64,000 nt of DNA, taken from NCBI GenBank assembly GCA_035649395.1, contig DASRJR010000215.1:2318-66317 (forward strand). Direction: 5' to 3'. Positions 20,060 to 29,069 of the stretch are shown piece by piece (the first letter of the stretch is position 1; each line of letters starts with the position of its first letter). A program made the position numbers and the translations under genes. The notes under the pieces were generated by a model. The model worked only from the letters and a program-made list of their open reading frames with translations, was not told the origin of the DNA and ran no database searches. The DNA comes from Vicinamibacterales bacterium. Its GTDB lineage: Bacteria; Acidobacteriota; Vicinamibacteria; Vicinamibacterales; UBA2999.

Positions 20060-21541
20060 TTACCGATCGAACGATTCGCGGCGGCTCGATTCCGTGAGCC
20101 GGATCACGTAGCGTTCGGGGTTCTCCCGAAACATCTGTCTCAGCTCGGCGAGGCTGCCGGCCCCGCCGTAGCTGATCGCCGAGCACAGATGCTTCAGCAT
20201 GTCGCGGAAGACGGGACGAACCGATCCGCGCGCCGGCACGCTAATCTCCATCCCTTCCGCTCCGAGGGCCTCGACGTCGGATGTTTCGGCGTCCTCGACG
20301 TCGAGTCGATCGACGATGGCTTGCAGCGATGCCATGCCGCGGAACACCTTGAACGGGACCTTGACGGTCTTATGGGACTCGGGGATCACGACCGGTTTCT
20401 GCACCGTGTCGCCCGGCGTTTCGAGCGTGCCTGCCAGCACGCTGCCGAGCATTACCGTGTCGCCGCCGAACAGCAGCGCCTGGGCGAGCGCGCCGTCGCG
20501 TTTGACCCCGCCGTCTGCAATCAGCGGCACGTCGCCGGCGGCGCCTCGACACTCGACCAGTGCTTCGACCTGCGGCACGCCGAAGTTCGTGTTGAGGCGC
20601 GTCGTGCACCCGCCGCCCGGACCGATCCCGACCTTGATCCCGTTGACGCCGCGTTCGACGAGGAACCGCGCGCCCTCGGCGGTGGCGACGTTGCCGGCAA
20701 TCAGCTCGGCGTCGCCGAACTGGCGCCGGAACGACTCGATGGCCCGGCCCATCACCGCGGAGTGGCCGTGCGCAATGTCGATGACGATGACGTCGGCGCC
20801 GACGCGCAGCAGCTCGGCGGCGCGCTCGAGGTAGTCACCTTTCGCGCCGATCGCAGCGCCGACGCGGAGACGGCCCTGATTGTCGCGCGTCGCAAACGGC
20901 AGACGCTTCTGTTGCAGCAGATCCTTCGCCGTGATCAGGCCGGCAAGGTGGTCGTCGCGATCGACCAGCGGCAGTTTCTTGATCTTGTGCGTTCGCATCG
21001 CGGCTTCCGCCGCGGTGCTGTCGATCCCGCCTGGACTGACGATCAGGCGATCGCGCGCCGTCATCCGATCGGCGACGGTACCGCCGTTGCCGGCAAACCG
21101 AAGATCGCGCGTGGTCAGCAACCCGACCACGCGGTGGCCCTCGTCGACGACCACCAGCGTGCCGACACCCGTCCGGCGCATGATTTCGATGGCTTCGGTC
21201 AGCGGCGCGCTCGGCCTGATGGTGTACGGATCGGGGATGACGCCGTGCTGTCGCCGTTTGACGCGCTCGACCTCACGGACCTGTGGCGCGATGTCCCCCG
21301 ATCGGAAGCCGCGATCGATGATGCCGATCCCGCCTTCCTCCGCGAACGCGATCGCCATGTCGGCGCGCGTCACGGTATCCATGTTGGCGGAGACAATCGG
21401 ACGCCGCAACGTCAAGTGCTGGGACAGACGGCTCGACAGATCGATCGTGTTCGGATCGCGCCGTTCGATGACGCTGTACTGGGGCGTGAAAAGAAAATCG
21501 TCGAACGTGCACCCACGTACGAGTTGTTTCAGGTCGGACAC
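20060..21541 (-). CDS. IMP dehydrogenase/GMP reductase family protein with CBS pair (atypical active site)
   Basis: TFDD, SANMDTVT, CBS pair, DIAHGHS, GNVAT, GIGPGGGCTTR, ADGG, FRGMAS. Confidence 0.85.
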   Translation of the reverse strand: MSDLKQLVRGCTFDDFLFTPQYSVIERRDPNTIDLSSRLSQHLTLRRPIVSANMDTVTRADMAIAFAEEGGIGIIDRGFRSGDIAPQVREVERVKRRQHGVIPDPYTIRPSAPLTEAIEIMRRTGVGTLVVVDEGHRVVGLLTTRDLRFAGNGGTVADRMTARDRLIVSPGGIDSTAAEAAMRTHKIKKLPLVDRDDHLAGLITAKDLLQQKRLPFATRDNQGRLRVGAAIGAKGDYLERAAELLRVGADVIVIDIAHGHSAVMGRAIESFRRQFGDAELIAGNVATAEGARFLVERGVNGIKVGIGPGGGCTTRLNTNFGVPQVEALVECRGAAGDVPLIADGGVKRDGALAQALLFGGDTVMLGSVLAGTLETPGDTVQKPVVIPESHKTVKVPFKVFRGMASLQAIVDRLDVEDAETSDVEALGAEGMEISVPARGSVRPVFRDMLKHLCSAISYGGAGSLAELRQMFRENPERYVIRLTESSRRESFDR

Positions 21542-21553
21542 GGATGAACGACA

Positions 21554-22633
21554 CTACTTCCCGAAGAGCGGCTTGTAATCGCGATTGTTCTCACAGAAGA
21601 ACTCGTCGACGCGGTTGTATTCCGGCAGCAACGGAAACGTTCGCGTGATGAGCCACGGCCCCGCGAAGACGTTCGGATCCTCGATGACCGCTTCGTACTC
21701 CAGCGTGCCGAGATTCGGCCGGCGGATACGCTCGACGACGTGCAGGGACTCGGTGGTCTTGTAGCCGTTGATCTCGCTCTCCTTGAACCCGATCGAGTCG
21801 ACGACCAGCGTGTCGCCTTCCCATTTGCCGGTCGAGTGGCCCATCCAGAACGGATCGGGGTCGGACGGGTGAGGCGATCCGTCGAGTGGAATGGTCCGCG
21901 ACAGGTGCAGGTACTCGTGCAGGATGATGAGGTATTTCGGCGACTGCACGAACTGGACGTAATACGGCACCATGAAGGTCTGCGGGACGCCGGGTGGGGT
22001 GCAGGTGGAATACAGCCCCGTGTCCTCCGGTCCGCGCACGACGCGATATTTCTCGGCGCCTGGTTTCAGCGTCGGTGTCCGCGGCAGCGAGCCGGGGGCA
22101 GCCGCTGGTGGAGGCGCGCCACGCGCCGCTCCCTGACCGTATCCATAGACGCCGGTGAGATCGGGCTTGCCGTCCGCCGTTCGCGGCGTCGGCTGTTTTG
22201 AGATGTCCGCGGGCTCCGTTTCCCTGGTCGCGACAGCCTTCGTTCCGGCAACAGCGACGGTGACTGTCTTGGTCACGGTGCCGTTGGTTCCCGTCACAGT
22301 GAGCGTGTACGTCGTCGTCGCTTTCGGTGTGACCTTCAGTACGCCGCGCGGCGCCGCGCGGCCAACGGTCGGCGAGATCGTGGTCGACCGCGGGTTCTCG
22401 ACCGCCCACGTCAGCGTGACCGATTCGCCGGGCTTGATCGATGCGGGCTCCGCCTTGAAGTCCAGGATCCGGGCCGGCAACGTGCCGGCTTCTGTGTAAC
22501 CACCGCGCAGTGGACCCTGCACGCCGGCCGGCGGCTTTGCCGGCTGAACCTGTCCCGCGGCGACGGCCACCAGCGCGACAACGAAGCCGAGCACCGCGTG
22601 CGTACGGCGCCACGTGACGATCTGTGCTGACAT
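21554..22633 (-). CDS. Exported hypothetical protein (Ig-like domain plus PRTADGKPDL...WEGDTLVVD domain)
   Basis: Signal peptide, Thr-rich beta-sandwich pattern, CTPPGVP and FFCENN motifs. Confidence 0.75.
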   Translation of the reverse strand: MSAQIVTWRRTHAVLGFVVALVAVAAGQVQPAKPPAGVQGPLRGGYTEAGTLPARILDFKAEPASIKPGESVTLTWAVENPRSTTISPTVGRAAPRGVLKVTPKATTTYTLTVTGTNGTVTKTVTVAVAGTKAVATRETEPADISKQPTPRTADGKPDLTGVYGYGQGAARGAPPPAAAPGSLPRTPTLKPGAEKYRVVRGPEDTGLYSTCTPPGVPQTFMVPYYVQFVQSPKYLIILHEYLHLSRTIPLDGSPHPSDPDPFWMGHSTGKWEGDTLVVDSIGFKESEINGYKTTESLHVVERIRRPNLGTLEYEAVIEDPNVFAGPWLITRTFPLLPEYNRVDEFFCENNRDYKPLFGK

Positions 22634-22644
22634 GGCGACCTCCG

Positions 22645-23013
22645 CTACGACCGAATCTTCCTGCCGTCAGGCAACTCGACGACGCCGGCGATCATCGACG
22701 GAGCGCCGCTCCTGGCAGCGCCGCCGGTCGCCGCGATGACGTCGCCGACCTTGACCGTGTTTCGCACCCATCCGTACGAGCGCAGGTGATTGAGGCTCAT
22801 CAGCTCGATTTCCCACTCGGCGGTGCCTCCTTTGTCGTCCTTGACCTCGAGGAAGATGAACGCGTGCGGGTTGGTCCACTCGAACCGTTTGACGGTGCCT
22901 TTGACGGTGACCGGGTTGGCCATGTCGTACATGGCGGTCGAGTGGTGTGCCTTGGCGATCCCGGCGCTAACCAGTACCCCGAGCCCGGCGGTCAGAAAGG
23001 TTCGGCGATCCAT
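22645..23013 (-). CDS. DUF6152-like exported protein with twin-arginine signal
   Basis: MDRRTFL signal, AKA-HHS mature N-terminus, WTNPH motif, SD GAGGAGG. Confidence 0.78.
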   Translation of the reverse strand: MDRRTFLTAGLGVLVSAGIAKAHHSTAMYDMANPVTVKGTVKRFEWTNPHAFIFLEVKDDKGGTAEWEIELMSLNHLRSYGWVRNTVKVGDVIAATGGAARSGAPSMIAGVVELPDGRKIRS

Positions 23014-23100
23014 CGAAGGCCTCCTCGTTTGCGGCAGTGTACTGCACGCGGGGTGAACGAAGGAACACGGGGACAGCGGGACTCCGCCTTCCCCCGTTGG

Positions 23101-25485
23101 TCACCGTGTGGAAAGCGTCCCGGCGGCCGCGACATACACGGCCCCGGCCGTTACCAACGCGGTTGAGAAACCCCAGTTCATCGCGATGAAGACGGCGAGC
23201 GTGGCACCAATGACGGAGAACGCGCCGTTGAGCCCCCAGCCCCACGGGATGATCTCCGGCCGATGTGCCGCGAGCAGGCGCATGCCGCCCGGCAGCGGCA
23301 TCCCCAGGAGGAAGCCGAGCGGAAGCAGGATCACCACGGCAGTGATGATGCGCAGCCAGAGCGGCCAGGGAATGGCGACGTCGATGAGCGCGGGAACGAG
23401 TGTCGGCGCCAGCAACGAGACCACGGCGACCGCCAGCACTGCCCGCATCGTGATCGCCTTGACCCGCTCTGGTGTGACGTGACGGCTCATGAGCGCACCG
23501 AGCCCGGTGCCGAGCAGCAGTGAGAACAGCGTGACGGTCAGCGAGTAGACCGGGTGGCCGAGCAGCAGCACGAACTGCTGGAGCAGCGCGACCTCGAGCA
23601 GCATGAATCCCGCGCCCAGCGCGCCGAAGTAGGCGAGCCAGGCCGGCCATCCGGTCCCCGGCTGGCGGACGACGACGAGCAGCGGTCCGATGATGAAGAG
23701 CAGCACGAGCGCCGCTGAGATTCCGAAGAGCGTCAGCAGCGCGCTGAGCCCGTTTCCGAACAGCATCGAGCGACCGAACGCGACGTCGAACTGGTCGGCC
23801 AGACGCGTGGTGTGGAAGAAGAACGGCCGGTCGTCGGTCGTCGGACGGATGTCGAGCGGATACCGCGCGACGAACTGCTCACGATCCGTGGCCAGAATGA
23901 GCTTTCGATAGTCGTCGGCACTGGTCCGTGTCCGCACCATCTCGATCGGGTCGGGCGTCGAAGCCTGCGGGTCGACGCCTGGTGCGTAGAGCACCGTGAA
24001 TCCCAGCTCGCCGGCGCGCGTGACGAGCATGGCTGATTGGGCGTCGGTGAACGGAGTCTTCTTCAAGAGAAACGTTGCCACCCGATCGAGCCGCACGATC
24101 GCGAGATGCCGCGCGGGGTCGAGTCCTCGCTCCGCGCAGGCGGCCTGCGCCAGCGACACCAGACGCAGGCCGTCGAAGACCCATCGCGTAATCGTCAGCA
24201 CGCCACGATCGCTCAGGTGATCGAGGTATTCGCCGAATGCCTCGACGGTGTAGAGCGAGTTCTCGGTCAGCGTGTAGGCGCCCGCCGCGGTCGCGGCCCA
24301 CGTGTCGACCAGTGACGCTTGAATGACGTCGTACTTCATGACGCTGCGACGCACGAAGCTGCGGCCGTCGTCGACGTGAATCGTCACGTGCGGGTCGGTG
24401 TAGATGCCGCCGGAATAGTCGCGGAAGCGATCGAGCATCACGTCGCGAGCGATGATCGGGTTGATCTCGACGCCGTCGATATGCGTGGCCCCGAACACCA
24501 GCGCCGAGAGCAGATCGCGACCGCCGCCCGGCCCGATGACCAGAGCCGAAAACCCCTGAGGCTTCTCGACGAGGTAGTAGCCGATCGCCGTGAGCTCGTG
24601 CTTCATCGAGTTCGCGGCCGCCGCGTCGCTCGTGCCCTTCACGATCGGCGTGGACGCAGCCGAGTCGATGTCCATGAAGAGCGAATCGATCTTCGGCCCG
24701 GTATAGGCCGGGCTCAGCGACCAGTCGCCGTGCGCTCTGTCGTAGACCGCGACTCGGGAAAACGAATTCCACTTACTGAACAGCACGCGATCGCCCTGAT
24801 GTCCCTTCGTGTCGGCAACGGCAAAGGGTGCACGCCCGGCCAGCTGTGCACACGACGGTACCGCCAGCATGCCGACCGCGCCGAGTCCGACGCCGACACG
24901 AGCGGGGCTGGGGGCAAAGCACAATGCGGCCACCATGGCGAGACCTGCCGCGGTCATCACCACGCCTGGCGCGCCCAGAACATTGAGCAAAGGGATCAGC
25001 AGGAGGCATCCGGTGGCCGCCCCAAGGAGATCGGCTGCGTAGAGCAGGTTGATGCGGCTCGACAGTCGCGCGAACGACAACGAGACGACCGCGCCCCCGG
25101 TCAGAAAGGGAAGGGCTGAAAGTCCGTAAATCGCAAGCATGAGGAAAAGGTTTTCCGGTGAGTAGTCCAGCCCGACACGAATACGGACGAGGAAAGCCAG
25201 CGCCACGAGCGTCGCCGCCCCGTGCAGCAGTGCTGAGGCGGCGAGCAGTGTCGGTGTACCGATCCCGGCCAGTCGATCTCGCAGCACGAACACGAGCACA
25301 CCGCTCGCGCTCAGGCCGAACAGCGCGATCGAAATCGCGAGGAAAGCGAAGTGGTAGTACATCGTCACCGAGAAGATCCGCGTCAGCGCAAGCTCTGTCA
25401 TCAACAGCGCCGCAGACACGCATGCGATTCCGACGACCGCCGGTCGATTGACACCGGCCGTGTCGGTCACTAACCGTTTTGTCAT
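23101..25485 (-). CDS. Polytopic membrane protein with a central class I SAM-dependent (spermidine-synthase-like) domain; start uncertain
   Basis: N- and C-terminal TM bundles around LVIGPGGGRD, VEINP, DDGRSF. Confidence 0.82.
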   Translation of the reverse strand: MTKRLVTDTAGVNRPAVVGIACVSAALLMTELALTRIFSVTMYYHFAFLAISIALFGLSASGVLVFVLRDRLAGIGTPTLLAASALLHGAATLVALAFLVRIRVGLDYSPENLFLMLAIYGLSALPFLTGGAVVSLSFARLSSRINLLYAADLLGAATGCLLLIPLLNVLGAPGVVMTAAGLAMVAALCFAPSPARVGVGLGAVGMLAVPSCAQLAGRAPFAVADTKGHQGDRVLFSKWNSFSRVAVYDRAHGDWSLSPAYTGPKIDSLFMDIDSAASTPIVKGTSDAAAANSMKHELTAIGYYLVEKPQGFSALVIGPGGGRDLLSALVFGATHIDGVEINPIIARDVMLDRFRDYSGGIYTDPHVTIHVDDGRSFVRRSVMKYDVIQASLVDTWAATAAGAYTLTENSLYTVEAFGEYLDHLSDRGVLTITRWVFDGLRLVSLAQAACAERGLDPARHLAIVRLDRVATFLLKKTPFTDAQSAMLVTRAGELGFTVLYAPGVDPQASTPDPIEMVRTRTSADDYRKLILATDREQFVARYPLDIRPTTDDRPFFFHTTRLADQFDVAFGRSMLFGNGLSALLTLFGISAALVLLFIIGPLLVVVRQPGTGWPAWLAYFGALGAGFMLLEVALLQQFVLLLGHPVYSLTVTLFSLLLGTGLGALMSRHVTPERVKAITMRAVLAVAVVSLLAPTLVPALIDVAIPWPLWLRIITAVVILLPLGFLLGMPLPGGMRLLAAHRPEIIPWGWGLNGAFSVIGATLAVFIAMNWGFSTALVTAGAVYVAAAGTLSTR

Positions 25486-25592
25486 CGCTCCGAGTCTACA
25501 TGCAGCGCCGGCAGACACCGGAGTCGCGCCGCACTCCGCAATTTACTTAACGTTTTCATGTTTGCGATCGCGTTTCCCACTTCGGTCCGCAC

Positions 25593-25608
25593 AGGCACAC
25601 GCTTTGCA
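25593..25608 (+). promoter_or_regulatory. Putative sigma54 -24/-12 promoter for the VWA gene
   Basis: AGGCAC-ACGCT-TTGCA, ending 42 nt before GTG 25651. Confidence 0.6.
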
Positions 25609-25650
25609 CAAACTGGCATCAGCCCGGATGAAGAGGGGCGGGGGGTTGTC

Positions 25651-26697
25651 GTGAGGCGATCGATTCTGCTGATTGCGTGTGCTCTTGTTGCCATCGATGC
25701 GCGTGCGCAGGTTGCCACGCGCGCCGACCAGCAGGTGCCGCAGGTCAGCACCGTCGCCGCGAGCACGACCACCGATCACGAGCAGCCGGCCACGACACGT
25801 CGTGGCGCTGACACCGCGACATTTCGGAGCAACGTCGATCTCGTGGCGCTGAACGTCGTCGTCACCGACGCCGACCAGAAGTACGTCGCCGGGCTCAACC
25901 CATCCGACTTCGCGGTGTTCGAGGATGGCATCCAACAGGACGTCTCGTTCTTCGGCGCCTCGGAAGTGCCGCTCGACCTTGCGATTCTGCTCGATACGTC
26001 TGCGAGCATGACGGGAAAGATGCAGCTCGTGCAGCGGGCCGCCGTCGGCTTCCTGTCGACGCTGCGGCAGGGCGACCGCGCGCTGATCGTCGACATCAAG
26101 GATGCGACGAAGGTGTTGTATCCGCTTGGCGACGATTTCGACGCCGCGCGCGCCGCAATCATGAGCACGGTGCCCAAAGGTGGAACCGCCCTCTATAACG
26201 GTGCCTACCTGACGCTGAAGGAGCTCGCCAAGCAGCGCCGCGACGTCGCCGAGGTGCGTCGTCAGGCGATCGTCGTGCTCTCGGATGGGGACGACACCGC
26301 CAGCCTCATCTCCTACGACGACCTGATGGACGTGGCCAAGCAGTCGGGCATTGGCATCTACACGATCATGCTGCGATCGAAATACCTGGTGACGCAGGCC
26401 GCGCAGCGCGGGCACAGCTACTTCTCGCAGTCGGAGTTCGGGATGAAGGCGCTCTCGCAGGAAACAGGGGCGAGGTCGTTCTTCCCGGCAGATGTCACCG
26501 AGCTCCCATCGGTCTACTCTGCAATCGCTCAGGAGCTCGCGACGCAGTACGCGCTTGGGTACTCGTCGAAGAACCCGAAGGCCGACGGCGCCTATCGTCG
26601 CGTGATCGTCCGCGTCACGGATCGGCCCGGCATCAGAACCCGGACGCGCGCCGGGTATCTGGCGGCCAGAATGAGCCGCATGGCCGGCACCAACTAG
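25651..26697 (+). CDS. Exported VWA-domain protein (acidobacterial VWFA type)
   Basis: Signal peptide, FRSNVDLV, MIDAS DTSAS, GGTALY, LSDGDD, QYALGY, RTRAGY. Confidence 0.88.
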   Translation: MRRSILLIACALVAIDARAQVATRADQQVPQVSTVAASTTTDHEQPATTRRGADTATFRSNVDLVALNVVVTDADQKYVAGLNPSDFAVFEDGIQQDVSFFGASEVPLDLAILLDTSASMTGKMQLVQRAAVGFLSTLRQGDRALIVDIKDATKVLYPLGDDFDAARAAIMSTVPKGGTALYNGAYLTLKELAKQRRDVAEVRRQAIVVLSDGDDTASLISYDDLMDVAKQSGIGIYTIMLRSKYLVTQAAQRGHSYFSQSEFGMKALSQETGARSFFPADVTELPSVYSAIAQELATQYALGYSSKNPKADGAYRRVIVRVTDRPGIRTRTRAGYLAARMSRMAGTN

Positions 26698-26723
26698 ACT
26701 CTCCACGAATAGAATCTGGCGGG

Positions 26724-27209
26724 ATGCTCCTGGCAATCCCGCTTCTGGCACTCTTGTGGCTCGCCGCGATTGTCGCGGCGCCGCTGCTCCCGCCACTGGT
26801 GTCGGCGGTCGTCTATGCCGCTGGATCTCTCGTCTGTCATCAAATCCCTGAGCGGTCGTTCCATCTTGGTGGATCTCAGCTCGCGGTCTGCGCACGCTGT
26901 GTCGGCATCTATGCTGGTGCAGCCGGTGGAGCGGTGGCTGCACTGGCGCTGCGCCTTCCGATACATGCGCCGACGCGAACGGTGAGGTGGATACGCCCGA
27001 TCCTCGCGGTCGCTGTGCTGCCAACGGTGGTGACGGTCGTGCTCGAAATGCTCGGCCTGTGGTTCCCGACGAACGAGCTGCGCGCCCTCGCCGGCGTACC
27101 GTTTGGCGTGGCGATCGCGTTCGTGGTCACCGCGTTCGCTAAGGTACACTACGACTCATGCGCGCCACGACGGCGGACCGCGCCCAGCCCGCCACCACCA
27201 CCTATCTGA
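26724..27209 (+). CDS. DUF2085-like membrane protein
   Basis: CHQIPERSF...VCARCVGIYAG motif with TM helices. Confidence 0.78.
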   Translation: MLLAIPLLALLWLAAIVAAPLLPPLVSAVVYAAGSLVCHQIPERSFHLGGSQLAVCARCVGIYAGAAGGAVAALALRLPIHAPTRTVRWIRPILAVAVLPTVVTVVLEMLGLWFPTNELRALAGVPFGVAIAFVVTAFAKVHYDSCAPRRRTAPSPPPPPI

Positions 27210-27553
27210 TCTGCGCCGCGGCGTGGATCGTTCCAGGCCTTGGCCATATCTGGCTCGGCCGGCGGCAGAAGGGCATCACGTTCCTGATCGCGCTCACCGC
27301 GATGTTCGTCTTCGGACTGTGGCTGGAAGGACGGCTGTTTCCATTTCAACCATCCGAACCGCTCGTCGCTCTCGCGTTCGTGGCAGACCTCGGCATCGGA
27401 CTGCCGTACTTCATTGCGAAGAGCATCGGCGCCGGTGCGGGTCGTGTCGTCGCCATCACGTATGAGTACGGCAACGCGTTCGTAATCGTTGCGGGCCTGC
27501 TCAACATGCTGGTCGTGCTCGACGCGTTCGACATCGCGAAAGGACGGAAATGA
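27158..27553 (+). CDS. Membrane protein (DUF6677-like)
   Basis: WIVPGLGH, GLLNMLVVLDAFD, hydrophobic helices. Confidence 0.7.
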   Translation: MRATTADRAQPATTTYLICAAAWIVPGLGHIWLGRRQKGITFLIALTAMFVFGLWLEGRLFPFQPSEPLVALAFVADLGIGLPYFIAKSIGAGAGRVVAITYEYGNAFVIVAGLLNMLVVLDAFDIAKGRK

Positions 27554-27723
27554 CCAGCCATCTTGGTCTGATGGTCGTTTTCGCGCTGTTCGTGTCGACC
27601 GTGTTTGCGACGCTGATGCGCGACGAGCCCAGGGAGCAGCTGATGTTCGGCGCGCGCATGTTCGCCGGCTTCGTCGGCGCCGGTGTGGCGATCGGCTGGT
27701 TGCTCTATCCACTGCCGTTCTGA
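27550..27723 (+). CDS. Small two-helix membrane protein (57 aa, absent from the ORF track)
   Basis: ATGA overlap with the upstream stop; MTSHLGLMVVFALFVSTVFATLMRDEPREQLMFGARMFAGFVGAGVAIGWLLYPLPF fills the operon gap. Confidence 0.75.
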   Translation: MTSHLGLMVVFALFVSTVFATLMRDEPREQLMFGARMFAGFVGAGVAIGWLLYPLPF

Positions 27724-27733
27724 TCGCGGTGTC

Positions 27734-28111
27734 GTGAGTCGACGCTTTCTCTTATGGGCGCCGGTCGTTGCCTACATGGCGCTCATCTTCTTTGTGTCGG
27801 GTCTCTCGACGCTGCCGCCGCTGCCGACCAAACCGTCGGACAAGACGCTGCATTTCGCCGCGTACCTTGTGTTGGGCGTGCTTGCCGTTCGCGCGGTGCA
27901 TCGAGGCCTGCCCGCACGCGTCACTCGCCGGGGCGCGACGCTCGCGCTGCTGATCGCCATCGGGTATGGCGCCTTCGATGAAGTGCACCAGTGGTTCGTT
28001 CCGGGGCGCAACGCTGACGTGCTCGACCTGCTCGCTGACAGCGGTGGCGCCCTGACCGCGGTCGTCGCGTGCTGGGCGTGGGGTATACTCTGGCTTCGCT
28101 CCGATGTGTGA
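27734..28111 (+). CDS. VanZ-family membrane protein
   Basis: DKTLHFAAY, FDEVHQWFVPGRNADVLDLLAD. Confidence 0.85.
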   Translation: MSRRFLLWAPVVAYMALIFFVSGLSTLPPLPTKPSDKTLHFAAYLVLGVLAVRAVHRGLPARVTRRGATLALLIAIGYGAFDEVHQWFVPGRNADVLDLLADSGGALTAVVACWAWGILWLRSDV

Positions 28112-28132
28112 GAACGCGCAGGTCGCCGACGC

Positions 28133-28618
28133 ATGATGGAGCTGCAGGGTGCGTCGACTGCGCCCGGCTTCCGGTTCGCGATCATCGTGTCCCGCTTCAA
28201 TCCCGAGGTCACCGACGGTTTGTTGCGCGGGGCGCGCACGGCGCTGGCCGAGGCTGGCGTCCGTGACGACGACATCACGCTGGTCCGTGTCCCTGGCGCG
28301 TTCGAGATACCCGTCACCGCCGAGCGCCTGGCGAACACGGGCCGGTTCGACGCCATCGTCTGCCTGGGCTGCGTGATCAAAGGCGACACGATGCATTTCG
28401 AGTACATCTCGGCCGCAGCCTCACACGGCATCATGGACGTCAGCACTGGTTCAGGAATCCCGATCGCGTTCGGGTTGTTGACGACGCTCGACGAGGAGCA
28501 GGCGCGCGTGCGATCGGTCGACGGCCCCGACAACAAAGGCCGTGAGGCGGCGATGGCTGCAGTGGAAATGGCGACACTCTGGCGCCACATTGGCGAGGCT
28601 GGCTTTCATGAACGTTGA
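28133..28618 (+). CDS. ribH: 6,7-dimethyl-8-ribityllumazine synthase
   Basis: SRFN, VPGAFEIP, LGCVIKGDTMHFEY, NKG. Confidence 0.96.
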   Translation: MMELQGASTAPGFRFAIIVSRFNPEVTDGLLRGARTALAEAGVRDDDITLVRVPGAFEIPVTAERLANTGRFDAIVCLGCVIKGDTMHFEYISAAASHGIMDVSTGSGIPIAFGLLTTLDEEQARVRSVDGPDNKGREAAMAAVEMATLWRHIGEAGFHER

Positions 28619-29069
28619 AGCGGAACGCGCCGCCGAGCGTTCGTCGGGACAGCGGCGCCATCGAGCCCGGCAAGCCGCGCTGCAGATGCTCTATCAATGG
28701 GAAGTCGGCCGAGTCCCGATCGCCGAGGTCCGCGAGCGGTTCTGGACCGAGGCCCCCGTTGACGCACCGGCCGAGGACGAAGTCCGCGAGTTTGCGACGC
28801 GTCTCGCGGACGGCGTCGCCGCGCATCTCGAGGAGATCGATCCGCTCATCGTCGAGGCAGCCGATCACTGGCGGCTCGAACGCATGCACGTAATGGATCG
28901 GCTCATCCTCCGGCTGGCGGTGTACGAGTTTCTCTACGAACCGGAGACACCCGGGAAAGTGGTCATCAACGAGGCACTCGAGCTGGCCCGCGCCTTCAGC
29001 GCGGACGACTCGGTGCGTTTCATCAACGGGATTCTCGACGCAATCCGTCGCACACGCGCACGTGAATGA
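28608..29069 (+). CDS. nusB: Transcription antitermination factor NusB
   Basis: RHRARQAALQMLYQ, DRLILRLA, VINEALELA, FINGILD; follows ribH. Confidence 0.95.
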   Translation: MNVEAERAAERSSGQRRHRARQAALQMLYQWEVGRVPIAEVRERFWTEAPVDAPAEDEVREFATRLADGVAAHLEEIDPLIVEAADHWRLERMHVMDRLILRLAVYEFLYEPETPGKVVINEALELARAFSADDSVRFINGILDAIRRTRARE

